Of a stretch of DNA of 64,000 bases, positions 14,169 through 28,479 are shown piece after piece. The notes below the pieces were generated by a model, which was given only the letters and a program-made list of their open reading frames with translations, did no database searches and was not told where the DNA came from. The stretch's first letter is position 1. Each line of letters opens with the position of its first letter. The DNA is from Octopus vulgaris (Eukaryota), in NCBI GenBank assembly GCA_951406725.2, contig OX597815.1:73160001-73224000 (forward strand), written 5' to 3'. The position numbers were made by a program, and so were the translations under genes.

Positions 14169-15464
14169 CACGAGAATGTATGAGTGCGTTTGTGTGTATA
14201 TGTAAATGGGCATGTGTGTGTGTGTGTGTGCACATGCGTATGTGTGCGTCTGTGTGAGAGTGTATGTATGCGAGCAGTTGTGTGTGTGTGCAGTTGTGTG
14301 TGTGTGTGCTGTTGTGTGTGTGTGTGCTGTTGTATGTGTGTGTGCTGTTGTGTGTGTGTGCAGTTGTGTGTGGGGTGGTGGTGCGTGAGAGTGTGTGTGT
14401 GTGTGCAGTTGTGTCTGTGTTTGTCTGAATGTGTGTAGGAATGTGTGTACGTGTGTGTGTGTACGTGTGCATATGTGTGTATGCGTATATGTGTGTGTGT
14501 GAGTGCATGTATATGTGTATTCGTGTCTGTGTTTGCCTGTCTGTATGTGTATGCATGTATGTGTGCGTCTATGTGTGTGTATATGTATGTGTGTATGTGT
14601 GTCTACGTGTACATGTGTGTTTGTGCATGCCAGTGCATGTATGTGTGTACTTTTGTGTGCTTTTGTGTATGTGTGAATATGTATGTGTTTGTGTGTATGT
14701 GTGTGTGTGAGTGTGTGGATGCTTCCCTCACTTTCCATATATTTACGATACGTTGATGGTAATTTTTGAATCAAAGATGGCCGACTGATAAAATGGTTAG
14801 AGACATAGTCTTCTTAAGAAACTGGAATTGTATTGCTAACGACAAGCCTTGGTGACAGTGATACTGAATAGGCGGCGGTGGCGGTGGTGGCGGTGGTGGC
14901 GGTGGTGGCGGTGGTGGCGGTGGTGGTGGTTGTCGTCGTCGTCGTGCACTTGGTGGTGGTTGTAGTAATGGTCTTGGAAGATGCGGCGGCGGCGGCAGCA
15001 GCGGTGGTGGTGGTGGTGGTGGTGGTGGTGTGTGCGTGTGTGAGAGAGAGAGAGAGGAGGAGAGAGTGAGGGTGAGGAGGAGAGAGTGAGGGTGAGGAGG
15101 AGAGAGTGAGGGTGAGGAGGGAGAAAGAGAAGGCGGCATAGTGGGAGAGAAACTGACTCAAAACCAGAGAGTGACACAGAGAGGCTGAGAGGTACTAGAA
15201 AGTATAGGGTGAGGGGATAAGAGAGAGAAAGAGAGAGAGAGGGGGAAGGAAAGAGAAAAGAAAGAAAGGGAGAGAGAAAGTAAAAGAGACAGGAAAGGAA
15301 GGAAAGAGGGCAGAATGTGAACTAGCATCAGAAATAGAGGGAGGAGGAGGAGGAGGAGGAGAGAGAGAGAGACGGAGATATAGAGAGTGAAAAGAAAAAA
15401 TCGTATTGATATTGTAGGTGAGAGCGAATAATGAAAATCAAAGTGCGACTGAAGGAGATACAAA

Positions 15465-15493
15465 TAAGCCAGGAAAGAAAGAAAGAAAGAAAC

Positions 15494-15542
<49 letters not shown>

Positions 15543-15709
15543 AGAAAGAAAGAAAGAAAGAAAGGAAGGAAGGAAGGAAGAAAGAAAGAAAGAAACAAAG
15601 AAAGAAGAAACAAAGAAAGAAACAAAGAAAGAAAAAGAAAGAAAGGAAAGAAAGAAAGAAGGAAGGAAGGAAGGAAAGAAATAATGAAAGAAGAAAGAAA
15701 GAAAGGAAA

Positions 15710-15740
<31 letters not shown>

Positions 15741-15759
15741 GAAGGAAGGAAGGAAGGAA

Positions 15760-15797
<38 letters not shown>

Positions 15798-15965
15798 AGG
15801 AAAAAGAAAGAAAGAAAGAAAGAAAAAAGAAGGAAAGAAAGGAAGGAAGGAAGGAAGGAAGGAAGGAAAGAAAGAAAGAAAGAAAGAAGGAACGAACGAA
15901 CGAAAGAAGGAACGAAGGAACGAAGGAAGGAAGGAAGGAAGGAAGAAAGGAACGAAGGAAGAAAA
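15465..15965. repeat. Polypurine (GAAA)n/(GGAA)n tract
   Basis: About 500 bp almost entirely A/G on the + strand. Confidence 0.95.
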
Positions 15966-16692
15966 TCGATTAGTTAGTTGGTTGTTTAACCAACTGACTA
16001 ATGATAAAGGAGTGGAATTGAACCAGTGCATGTGTTATTAATATTGGCATAGTGACTCTCCCTAGACACGACAAAATTCGTTTACAACACACGAATTCAC
16101 ATAAAGAATCTTGCGAAGCCAGGTAAGAAAACTAAGCAAAAAATACAGACAGTTCCGAAAGAATATGGTTTTATACAAATCGCATATTTTACAGCTACAC
16201 TCCACCGACAAAAGGTGGTGAGAAGCTTCCAACGAGAGAACCTCTAAGTGTTCGTTGGAAGTGCTAGAAATTGTAGTCAAAGTCACATCTTAGCATTTTC
16301 AATGAGACCACGCTGACTAACATAGACTTAGAGACACTACGTCTGAAAGCGAGAGAGAACTGCCATGGATAGATCACCATTGATGTTTAGGCCGGCTTCA
16401 TCAGGGCAGAAGTCGAGCTAGCCACTATGACAACGACGACGACCACCACCACCACCACCACCACCACCATCACCACCACCACCACCACCATCACCACCGC
16501 CACCAAAACAACCAGAGCAACAACATAGACGCCTAATAGCTGGATAGAAAATGACTCTGATCTTGAAGTAACTTTTGATTCCAAAAGACAAGTTAATTTA
16601 AGAAGATAAAAGATAACGAAAAAATGTCAGGCACAGAAGCAGAACACTATATACATACATACATACATACATACATACATACATACATACAT

Positions 16693-16745
<53 letters not shown>

Positions 16746-16769
16746 CATATATCATACATACATACACAT

Positions 16770-16807
<38 letters not shown>

Positions 16808-17054
16808 ACATATATATATACACATATATGATATTTATATAATATATGTATATATATATGTATGTATGTATATATATATATATGTACATATGAAATATGT
16901 GTATATGTGTGTGTGTGTGTGTATGTGTGTGTGTGTGTGTGTGTATGTATATGTATATATGTATATAATTGAAAGACAATCAAAATAGAAATATTGAAAA
17001 CATAAAGCAAGTTAAACAAAAATAATCATGATGATGATGATGATGATGATGATG

Positions 17055-18182
<1,128 letters not shown>

Positions 18183-18919
18183 AAAAGCCATAAACATTGA
18201 AAACCTAATCAGAAAGACAGACCTATCTTGTTGATTATGTTTTTACTGTTTATTGTTAAACTCAAGCAAACAGCGTGGAAAATCAACACACACAGACGAA
18301 AACAGAAAATATAAAAGATTTCTTAATCCTTAATGAGATCGACAACAAAAAGACAATTGAAAAAGAAAAACAGAAAAATAAAAGGAAAAAGAAAATAAAT
18401 ACTTCACAAAAATACAAAATCAAACAGAAGCAACGAAATCATGAGATCAAAGAACTCCTTCAAAAGAGATTCTCGCGAAATCACAAAGAATCAGTCGTTA
18501 TAAAAAGCGGCAGCGTGTTTTTGAACGAAACGATTTGTCTTGAATTGTAAATGATTTTTATCATATACAAAATAGAAGTGCAATAGATGTCGACGCAGTA
18601 CCAAGATATAGAGAAGTAGAAGACTTACAGGAATGGTTTTATACATAGCGGATTGATAGCAGCTGGTGAGATAGCAAAAACAACCTCAAAGGTACAAAAT
18701 AATATTTAAGGAGAAACAAAAACAACCCCAAAAGTATCCTAGATGTTATAAAATATAAAATATAAATAGCTATATTTGGAAGACATCCTTGGAAATGTCA
18801 AACTGCTAAACTTTTGGCTAAAATAATAAAGAAGTTCCCATATTAAGTTTTTGCAACATTATTTAAAGGTTTACGGAAAGAGTCAGAAACAAATTTTAGA
18901 TGTTTTTGAGTATATATGT

Positions 18920-19340
<421 letters not shown>

Positions 19341-19381
19341 GATGGGATAGATGGATGGACGGACGGACGGATGGATGGACG

Positions 19382-19457
<76 letters not shown>

Positions 19458-19608
19458 TTGGTATCCTCGCGTTACTTACTACGCCCTATTCTGAAGCAAC
19501 CCAGCCCCACCAAAATATGAGCAGCTTTCTTCAGTTAATTGCGCTTCTCAGTAATTCCAGACTCCCATGGGATTCGACATTTGGTTCACGCACACGCACC
19601 TATATACG

Positions 19609-19640
<32 letters not shown>

Positions 19641-19699
19641 TGTATGTATGTATGTATGTATGTATGAACACACACACACATACACACACACACACATGT

Positions 19700-19901
19700 T
19701 GATTCGCTAGCCTCTGCACGCATTTTTTTTCTCTCCTTGTTTCTTTCTGTGTTTCTTTTCTGTGTATCTTTCTGTTGAAGAGCGTAAGCTCGAAACGTAA
19801 AAGACTTGTTTTATTTATATTTCCTGAACGCCTTACTAATACAATTGTTTGTTTGTATTCCACCTGCCTTCGTCTTTTGTTTATTTTCATAAAGCTTCCC
19901 G

Positions 19902-19902
<1 letters not shown>
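19700..19902 (+). mobile_element. Dispersed short repeat with a hammerhead-like core variant (copies at ~6700-6830 and 37490-37650)
   Basis: tcttt-CTGTTGAA-gagcgtaagctc-GAAACGTA-aaaga. Ends in (TA)n. Confidence 0.6.
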
Positions 19903-19941
<39 letters not shown>

Positions 19942-19944
<3 letters not shown>

Positions 19945-20865
19945 TAAATATTCAGAAATGAATATTTATATAGATATTATTAATGTTACTATTATCTGTG
20001 GTAATATAAACAGTTGATAGTAACAGCAACAATAATATAGGTGGTTGCAAGCCTAAAATAGCATTAGACAACTATAGAATTAAAAATTTATATCAATCAT
20101 AAGGGTGCACAAGGCGCCAACCTGCTAGAGAGAGGAGTTAAAACCCTCATTTAAACTACCAATAGCACTAAAAAAAATACGACAGAAAATCAACAGTAGT
20201 CGGGCGAACGGGCTACAGAATTTTTGACATACCTACTATAGCCCAATGCTATATATTTTGGTATTTGGATATATTTGGATCATGATTTCTGGTTCTGGTA
20301 AAAAAATATCTTACTTTCATCAGCAAGTCTTACCAATTGAAAAAATTTTCAACTCGTCATGTTGAAGTCTGCCGACGTTCTAGAATGTTTTGCACCAAAA
20401 TGAGAACAAGTTCAATGTGAATAAACTAAGAAGTAAATATTCAGAAACAAATATTTATATAGATATTATTATTGTTATTATTATCTGCGCTAATATAAAT
20501 ATTTCATAATAACAAAAACAATAATATAGGTAGTTGCCGGTCTAAAATAGCATTAGATAGCTATAGAATTAAAATGAGTGTTTTAACCCCTCTTTCTAGC
20601 ATGTAGGCGCCTTGTGTGCCCTTATGATTGATATAAATTTTTAATTCTATTGTTATCTAATGATATTTTAAACCTGCAACCACCTATATTATTGTTGTTG
20701 TTATTATCAAAAAATTATATTACCGCACATGATAAAAACAACAATAATATCTATATAGATATTCACTTCTGAATATTCACTCCTTATTAGTATATTTACG
20801 CTGAAGCTGTTTTGAATTTGGTGCAAAGCAATCCAGAAGGCCGGTAGACTTCAATGTGACGAGCG
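19942..20865. mobile_element. Direct plus inverted triple-repeat element (pLTR-like), starting at (TA)n
   Basis: Copies at 19942-20152 (+), ~20352-20574 (+) and ~20572-20865 (-). Degenerate hammerhead at 20274-20327 (-). Confidence 0.7.
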
Positions 20866-22165
20866 GCAAATAGCCTGCAGGCTTATTTTTAAAAAATGAA
20901 TAATTAGTTTTTTGATAAAACTCTTAAAGAAATCTGTCTTGTTGGTTGACGTGGATAATGAAAAGGTTAAGAGAATAAGCTTTGTTGAAGTTTAGCCTAG
21001 TTTAGAGAGGAGTTGATTTAATTAAATTGAGCTCTATTATAATTGTTGAATATCAGGGAAGGCGGTGAATAATTGGTTGAATATATAGAGCGTGGGATAG
21101 AATGCTTCGCAGTATTTCTTCTGACTCTCTTCGTTCTGGGTTCGAATCCCGCGGACGTTAACTTTGCATTTTAGACTTTCTGGTCAATAAAAAAGTACCA
21201 ATCAAGGACGATGCATCGGAGGAACTTTTCGAAGAACGAACAAAACATCTTGCGATATCTCTTCGGGCTCTTTGCGTTTCCACAGCAACGTCTGCGAAGA
21301 CATTTATATAAAACTTTCTTAGACCCAAAGCTATGGTGTGGCTAACATCGGAGATATGCCCATGCCGTCACCTGTATATGTTCCTTCTTTTTATACGATT
21401 TTATCCCAAACAAGAATTGGGGCCACTGAAACATAAGGGACTACAAAAAAGGAAAGAAAGGGGCCTACAAAAGATGTCAATTGACCGAAAGCTCAAATGA
21501 CCAAATAAAAACAAGACGATGGTAGTGAGTTCCTGAGAGCAACAGTTCAAGAAAAGAAGCTGTTAGGATAAAATGATTTATGATTAATAAGAAGCTCAAT
21601 GGAGAAATGAAGCATGTGGGAAGAGAAGTGGATAACACGTTTAAAGGTCTTAATGGAAGGTGCTGGTATTCAGTGCAATTACCATGGAAATTATTATAGA
21701 TTTAGATACAACCAAGATAAATGTCAGCGATGAGCCAAAAAGGGTTCGCCATGTTAACAACTTGATTCTGAATTTGATCAAGCAAGTTAAGACGCACAGA
21801 GAAGGCACCAGACAAAAGAATATTGGCCTTAAGATACTCTCATGCTTAAGAAATTTGCGTGCATCGAACGAGTGAATGAACCTTTTTTTTTTTTTTTGGC
21901 TGCCGATATGGCAATGGACAGAACATATTTATTCCAAGAAAGATCCTTGATCAAAATCAAACCAAAATGCTAGATACTGTAGCTTTCTGGAAGATCAACC
22001 CAGCTCATCATACTGGAGGGAAGGAATGGTTGCCTATAACGATTAATTAACAAAATCTTTGTTTTTATTCGTTTTTTGTATTTTGTTTGCAATATTCTTG
22101 ATGTAAATTCGTGTATTGAAACAAATCTTATGCTTTGGGGGTGGGGGCATTCCGTCAATAATAGT

Positions 22166-23177
22166 AATAATTTATTCTCAAACACATGATAATGTAAATA
22201 CAATATCATAAACAGGATAAACTATCCATATATTGCAGAAAAAATCTTTACCGGCCAGCCATGAGACTCGAACTCATATCCCTGTTGACCACAGGGTTGA
22301 TGTAATTGACTTATGTCCTTACTCAACTTATTGGCCTGGTGCCAAAATTTGAAATGCTTTTTATTACAGGTTTTAACACTGACATATTGCCAAAAGAACT
22401 GGGTCTTTTATATTTCTTGTACCATATTCGTAAGGCAGTGAGCTGGCAGAATCGTTAGAACACTGGGTAAAATGCTTAGTGGTATTTCGTCCGTCCTGAC
22501 ATTCTGAGTTCCAATACTGCTGAGGTCATCCTTTGGGGTCGATAAAATAAGTACCAGCCTCGGGGTCAATGTAATTGACTTAACTGCTGCTGGGTATGAG
22601 TATAAAAATTGTACCCCTCTGCCAAGTCATGTCAAACCAGTGTGGCAGAGTAGGCTTATCAAACCAGTATGATTACAAGCTAAAATTCACAGCTTCCACA
22701 TCAGACTGTGGTTGGTAGAGAGAACATGCTGAGGCCCTCGTCTTGTAGTGGATTGAATGTAGGCAATCCAAATAAAAAAATTCAATTACTGTGTCTAACA
22801 CAATGTGTTTTTCATGGATAAAGTCTGCCCCAAACATTTTAAAATTCTGCTATTGAGTCCAGGCATAGCTATAGGTACAAACGTGAGCTATACAATCAAG
22901 AACTTGCTTCACAAAACTGTGGTCTGAAGTTCAGTTCCACTGCTTGGCACTTTGGGCAAGAGTCTTTTATTATAGTCGTGGATCAACTAATGCCATGAAT
23001 GAACTTGGTATGTGGAAACCCATTGTCCGTGTGTGTGTATGTGTATCCCCGTGTAATCACAGGGATATGAGTTCGAGTCTCATGGCTGGCCGGTAACGAT
23101 TTTTTCTGAAATATATGGATAGTTTATCCTGTTCATGATATTGTATTTACATTACCATGTGTTTGAGAATAAATTAT
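22166..23177. repeat. ~120-bp inverted repeat pair (22166-22285 and 23058-23177) enclosing SINE fragments
   Basis: The two arms are near-identical reverse complements. The inner end has a tRNA T-arm-like 'atgagttcgagtctcat'. Confidence 0.8.
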
Positions 23178-23258
23178 TTCTGTATCTTTCAATACATTTC
23201 AACGCTTCTAAAGCAAACTTTGTTTACTTTCATTGTAAGTTGAATAATAATAATAATG

Positions 23259-23319
<61 letters not shown>

Positions 23320-23321
<2 letters not shown>

Positions 23322-23449
23322 TACGGCCAGAATAATCAGTATTATAGTTGAAAAGAACAGACGGATAGCATGGTACCGAAAGCTGCAGGTAGCAAGTCCG
23401 CTACGTTACGCAAGACTCCAGGAGTTCCAACAAAATCTGTGAAAAAGAA

Positions 23450-23520
<71 letters not shown>

Positions 23521-23652
23521 GGTTTGCCTCCTCGGCACGGCTAGAATAATCAGTATTAAATAGCTGAAAAGAATGGATATGGTACCGTAGGTAAGCAAGC
23601 CCGCTAGGCATGCAAGACTCCAGGTGTTCCAGTAAAATCTGTGATAAAAGAA

Positions 23653-23713
<61 letters not shown>

Positions 23714-24439
23714 GTTTCAAATTTTGGCGCAAGACCAGTAAATTCGGGGGCAGGGGCGGGTGCAAGTTGAATGCTTCGACCCCAGTTTTCAACTGGAACT
23801 AATTTTTATCGACCTTACAAGGATGAAAGGCAAACTTCACCTTGGCGGCATTTGAACACAGAACGTAAAGACGAACGAAATACCCCTGAGCATTTCGCCC
23901 GGAGTGCTAACGATTCTGCCTGTCTTAAAAAGAGTAAGATGTTTATAGCACCTAGGTTTCCCAAGTGGACGCCCATCTAAGTACTAAATAATAATAGTGC
24001 AGAACAGACAACACTACCGACAGCGAAAAATGCAGAATGTGTGGTGAGAAGGGTGAAACGGTATGGCACAGTGAATGCCCGAAATTGGCACAACGCGATT
24101 ACAAAAGACGCCATGACAGTGTAGTGAGAATGATCCATTGGAAGATCTGTGGAAATCACGGCCTACAAAGAGCAAAGACGTGGTATGAGAAAACCCCATG
24201 AGTCACCGAGAATGAGAAATGCAAAATCCTGTGAGATACAATGATTCACTGGAATTACCTGATCAGACGGCATTGCTTGGAACTGCAAGAATTCCTCGCA
24301 GGGTTCTTGAAGCATGACCAGTAAACAAGTGTCACCTTAGTCTGCTGGCTGTGGACAGCTGACACTTTCCATCATACCCAGCAAAGTAAGCTGTGAGTTC
24401 TTATCACATAATAATAACAATAATAATAATAATAATAAT

Positions 24440-24508
<69 letters not shown>

Positions 24509-24535
24509 AATAATAACAACAACGATAATAATAAC

Positions 24536-24605
<70 letters not shown>

Positions 24606-24895
24606 GCAATGGAATTTGAAAAAACTGTCGAAATATAAGGACCTTGATTGAGATATCTAGGACGAGGCAATTAAAAGTCAAAACCATCCCTGTTGTTGCA
24701 GGTAATCTGGGAATGATCAAGAACGATGGTGACGAATTTTTTGACTAGATCCCTTGGAAACCAACAGTCTATGAGACTCAAAAAACTGCGTTAATATCAA
24801 CTACCCACATTCTCAGGAAGTTTCTCTCCATCTAATATATATGCCTTAGGTCTCTGGTTACGACCCGGCTGGAAGATGAAATACAATGTTAATCA
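23320..24895 (+). mobile_element. Cluster of R4/Dong-like LINE 3' fragments separated by (TAA)n
   Basis: ~24070-24320 translates SECPKLAQRDYKRRHDSV...IHWKICG...WYEK and ALLGTAR. 24605-24835 translates EKLSKYKDL...HILRKFLSI. Two related short UTR-like units lie at 23320-23450 and 23520-23652. A minus-strand SINE B lies at 23712-23920. Confidence 0.75.
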
Positions 24896-25541
24896 ATCGG
24901 CGTGTGATATCATTATTGGCGTAATGACCCTCCCGAAACAATAAAATCTTTGTCTTTCTAGTATTAAAAAAAGAAGTCATCAGTAAGTCACTACCCCCAC
25001 TCCATAATTCAGTGGAGATCAGCCTCAAATAAAGGTTGCTAGCTCATGGCTGATAGTTTTATCATAACAGGAGTAAACAGTATTGATGTCTGGTCAACAT
25101 CGACGGACGAAGGACCTCTTAGACAGGTGACTATGTATATACCGTATGTATTGTTTGTATAATATTACATTAAAATTGGATGTTTTTTTTTTGTCTTTTT
25201 CGTTTTCCGTTTGTTTCTCCTGTCTGTGTTTTTATCAAAGTAATACTATGTTATTGTACATCACAAGATAACAGGAAAGTTAGCTACACTGTAATCGAGA
25301 ATGACCGAATTTGTGAACCTGCAGTTATTAATTATATTCTCCTTTTGTGAACAAGACTAAGTGATGTAATTTATAATTAATTACAGTTTTTCGTAATTAT
25401 ATTCAAGTAATTTATTTTCAAAATTCATTGAAGTAATTACTATACATACACTCCGGCCAACACAGTCAAACGAACACACACAAACACAGATACATATATA
25501 TAGTCATGCACACACACATACACACGCATACATACATACAT

Positions 25542-25572
<31 letters not shown>

Positions 25573-26420
25573 TACACACACACACATACACGCTTAACTT
25601 AGTTCAAAACCCGGAAAGCATGTAGTAACATCAAACTAAACATCAACAACAAAGGCGGTCGTTACAGTTTGGTACAACCTCATTATACAATTGCAAGACC
25701 TGGGTACTATTTATCATGCAAGATCTGGGTACTGTTGTTGTACTTCTTGTTGTTGTTGTTGTTGTTGTTGCTGTGGTTGTTATTGCTGTTGTTGTTGTTG
25801 TTGTTGATGATGACGACGACGATAATGATAATGGTGTGCGCGATGATGAGGATGATGATGATGGTGAGCGTGATAATGATGATTATTATAGTGATAATGG
25901 TGGTGGGGATGATGATGATGATGGTGGTGGTGGTGACGACGACGACTACGACGGTGATTATGGTGGTGGTGGTGGTGATGATGACGGCGACGATGATGGT
26001 GATGGGGCTTTGGTGGTGCTGATGATACTGCTGTATTTGCTGCTGCTACTGCTGCCGCTGATATTGGCGTTGTTGCTGCTGCGGTTGCTCTTGCTGCTGC
26101 GGTTGCCGTTGTTTTCTTAGTGTGGGCATGGCTGTTATTGTTTATTTAACCCACGGCCAATCCTGAGCCAGCATACCTATTACATTACATGACCAGATGT
26201 TATCGTCGTTGTCTCGTTCTTGATATTATTGTCGCTGTTGTTATTCATGTCATTGTTGTTGTTATCGTCGTCGACGTTGTTGTTACTGCTGTTGTTCTTA
26301 TAGTCGCGTAACTGCAGAATAGCCGTGACTAGGTAGATATATAATCAACGACGTCCCAGTCGTGACCATTACATCTAGAACTACCTATTCCAACATCCAA
26401 GGCAGCACGGTATGACTTGA

Positions 26421-26652
26421 GGTGGCGAGCTGGCAGAATCGTTAGCACGCCGGGCGAAATGCGTAGCCGTATTTCATCTGCCGTTGCGTTCTGAGTTCAA
26501 ATTCCACCGAGGTCAACTTTGCCTTTCATCCTTTCGGGGTCGATTAAATAAGTACCAGTTACGCACTGGGGTCGATGTAATCGACTTAATACCTATGTCT
26601 GTCCTTGTTTGTCCACTCTATGTTTAGCCCCTTGTGGGTAATAAATAAATAG
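26421..26652 (+). mobile_element. tRNA-derived SINE, family B, with TSD
   Basis: Matches 6223-6452. Flanked by the direct repeat ggtatgacttga. Confidence 0.9.
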
Positions 26653-27050
26653 GTATGACTTGAGATAAATTTAGCTGGGGGTTTTTTTCTAGCAGATTGC
26701 GCAGCTAGGTAGAGGCCTCCTCATAGGTCGAGGGTCAAACAGCTAAGTCAAACCAACAGGAGATCTGTTGTCGATATGCCATCATTGGAACGATGACATT
26801 CCAAACTTTTGCCATTCTGTATAGATTTCAATCATTATTTTAAAGAGCAAAATGTCTTGATATATATATAAGTTTTATGCATTCCTGGAGGCTTATATAT
26901 ATAGCAATATTTCATATATTGTGATATGCATATACACGAATCTGTAAACACGTACGCACGCGCACAAACACGCGTGTGTGCGTGCGTGTGTGCGTGCGTG
27001 TGTGCGTGCGTGTGTGCGTGTATATGTGTGTGTGTGTGTGTGTGCACATA

Positions 27051-28316
27051 CACAGACATGCAGGAAGTAAATAGACACGGTTAATTTTCAAAATTTCTGA
27101 TCTAAGCATCTTAATAAGTTTTCAGCGGTGTAGAATTTACAATGTAATCATTCTTTTTTCATTCCAGGTGCCATTATATTAAACATTTGCGGAGAGTAAC
27201 CATGCTATGCACAAAAATCCAGCAGAACTGTAAGTTTTCAAAGAGGTTGGGCAATCTGAGGTTGGTCTTAGCCAGCGAAAAATTGCCGAAAATCTTCAAA
27301 TTCCTCTTGCTACTGTTAATAGAATTATAGTGCATTTCAAAGACCAAGGAAAAGAATCATCAGATTCTCATCCCGGCCGACCTGGTTCCTCGGAAAGGAA
27401 GCTTCGCTGTTTGAAGAGAATTGTGGCAAACGAACCCCGTTCGGAGGCTTCTGACATTGCAAAACAGCTAGAAGTTAGTCCAAGAACGTATATTACATAT
27501 CTGTATAAGCTTGGGTATTATGGACGAGCAGCTAGAAGAAAACCTCTCCTTCAACCAATTAATATCATGTAAAGAAAAAAATGGGCTAAGGAGAAGTAGA
27601 AAAATCCAGTTAATTTTGGGGTAGAGTGATTTTCTCAGATGAATCCAGATTTGCATTATTTTCGGACAGTGGACGTGTTTGGGTCTGGAGGCTTCCCAAT
27701 CAAGAATTTGATTTGAAACAATCCCAACCAAGTGTGAAACATGGCGGTATCTCTGTAATGGTATGGGGAGCCGTCGGCAGTAATGGACGTTCTGAGCTGA
27801 TTGAATGTGTCGGAACCATAAACTCTGAAAAATACATCGAAATACTTAAGCAAGGACTACTTCCGATGTATTCACTCGATAACATAACGAAAAATGAGTT
27901 TTTAATCATGGAAGATGGGGCTCCATGCCACACAGGGAAAAGGAATCAACAATGGCTGACTGAAAATGGGATCAAAAAGCTTCCTTGGCCGAGCCAATCT
28001 CCTGACATGAACCCAATTGAAACTCTTTGGAGCATACTAGATAAAGCTATACGAAAAATACGACAGAAACCTAAATCTAAAGATGAATTGTTTCGATTGT
28101 GGCGTGAAAAGTGGGCAGAAATTCCACAAGAGACAATCACAAAACTCATCAGTTCAATGCCAAAAAGAGTTTCTGAATTAGAAACTGCAAAGGGAATGTC
28201 AACTAAATACTAAAGTATGTAGTCCTACCTATCGATTACATTTCATTTGTTCGCTTTAAGTATTTAATAAAAGATTTTGAAAATAAAGTTGTCTATTTAC
28301 TTCCTGCATGTCTGTG
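27051..28316 (+). mobile_element. Full-length Tc1 DNA transposon
   Basis: Perfect 27-bp TIR cacagacatgcaggaagtaaatagaca (27051-27077 and 28290-28316). TA lies on both sides. Confidence 0.95.
27202..28213 (+). pseudogene. Tc1 transposase, DD34E, disrupted
   Basis: [11 protein letters not shown]...TVNRI, GRP, ARRKPLL, IFSDESRF, EDGAPCH and WPSQSPDMNPIE, with 34 residues between the second D and E. Stop and frameshifts near 27570-27626. Confidence 0.95.
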
Positions 28317-28479
28317 TACATACACATAAAACTTGGAAGTTACTGCCAATCTTTATATTTGGGTGCGTTTTGAGGCCACTGTGTCCTTACACTACGATAA
28401 CTCTCATCTTGATAAGAATAATAAACTCTTGAATTTTTCCAAAACCCTTCGAGATCATTTTGAGAGGAGGCTGACGCTG

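Noticed and set aside
13315-16031. Long poly-Ile/Asp, HT-rich and KE-rich ORFs
   Set aside because: (CAT)n, (TG)n and (GAAA)n translations.
21300-22050. Possible very old Tc1-like remnant
   Set aside because: No motif could be read reliably.
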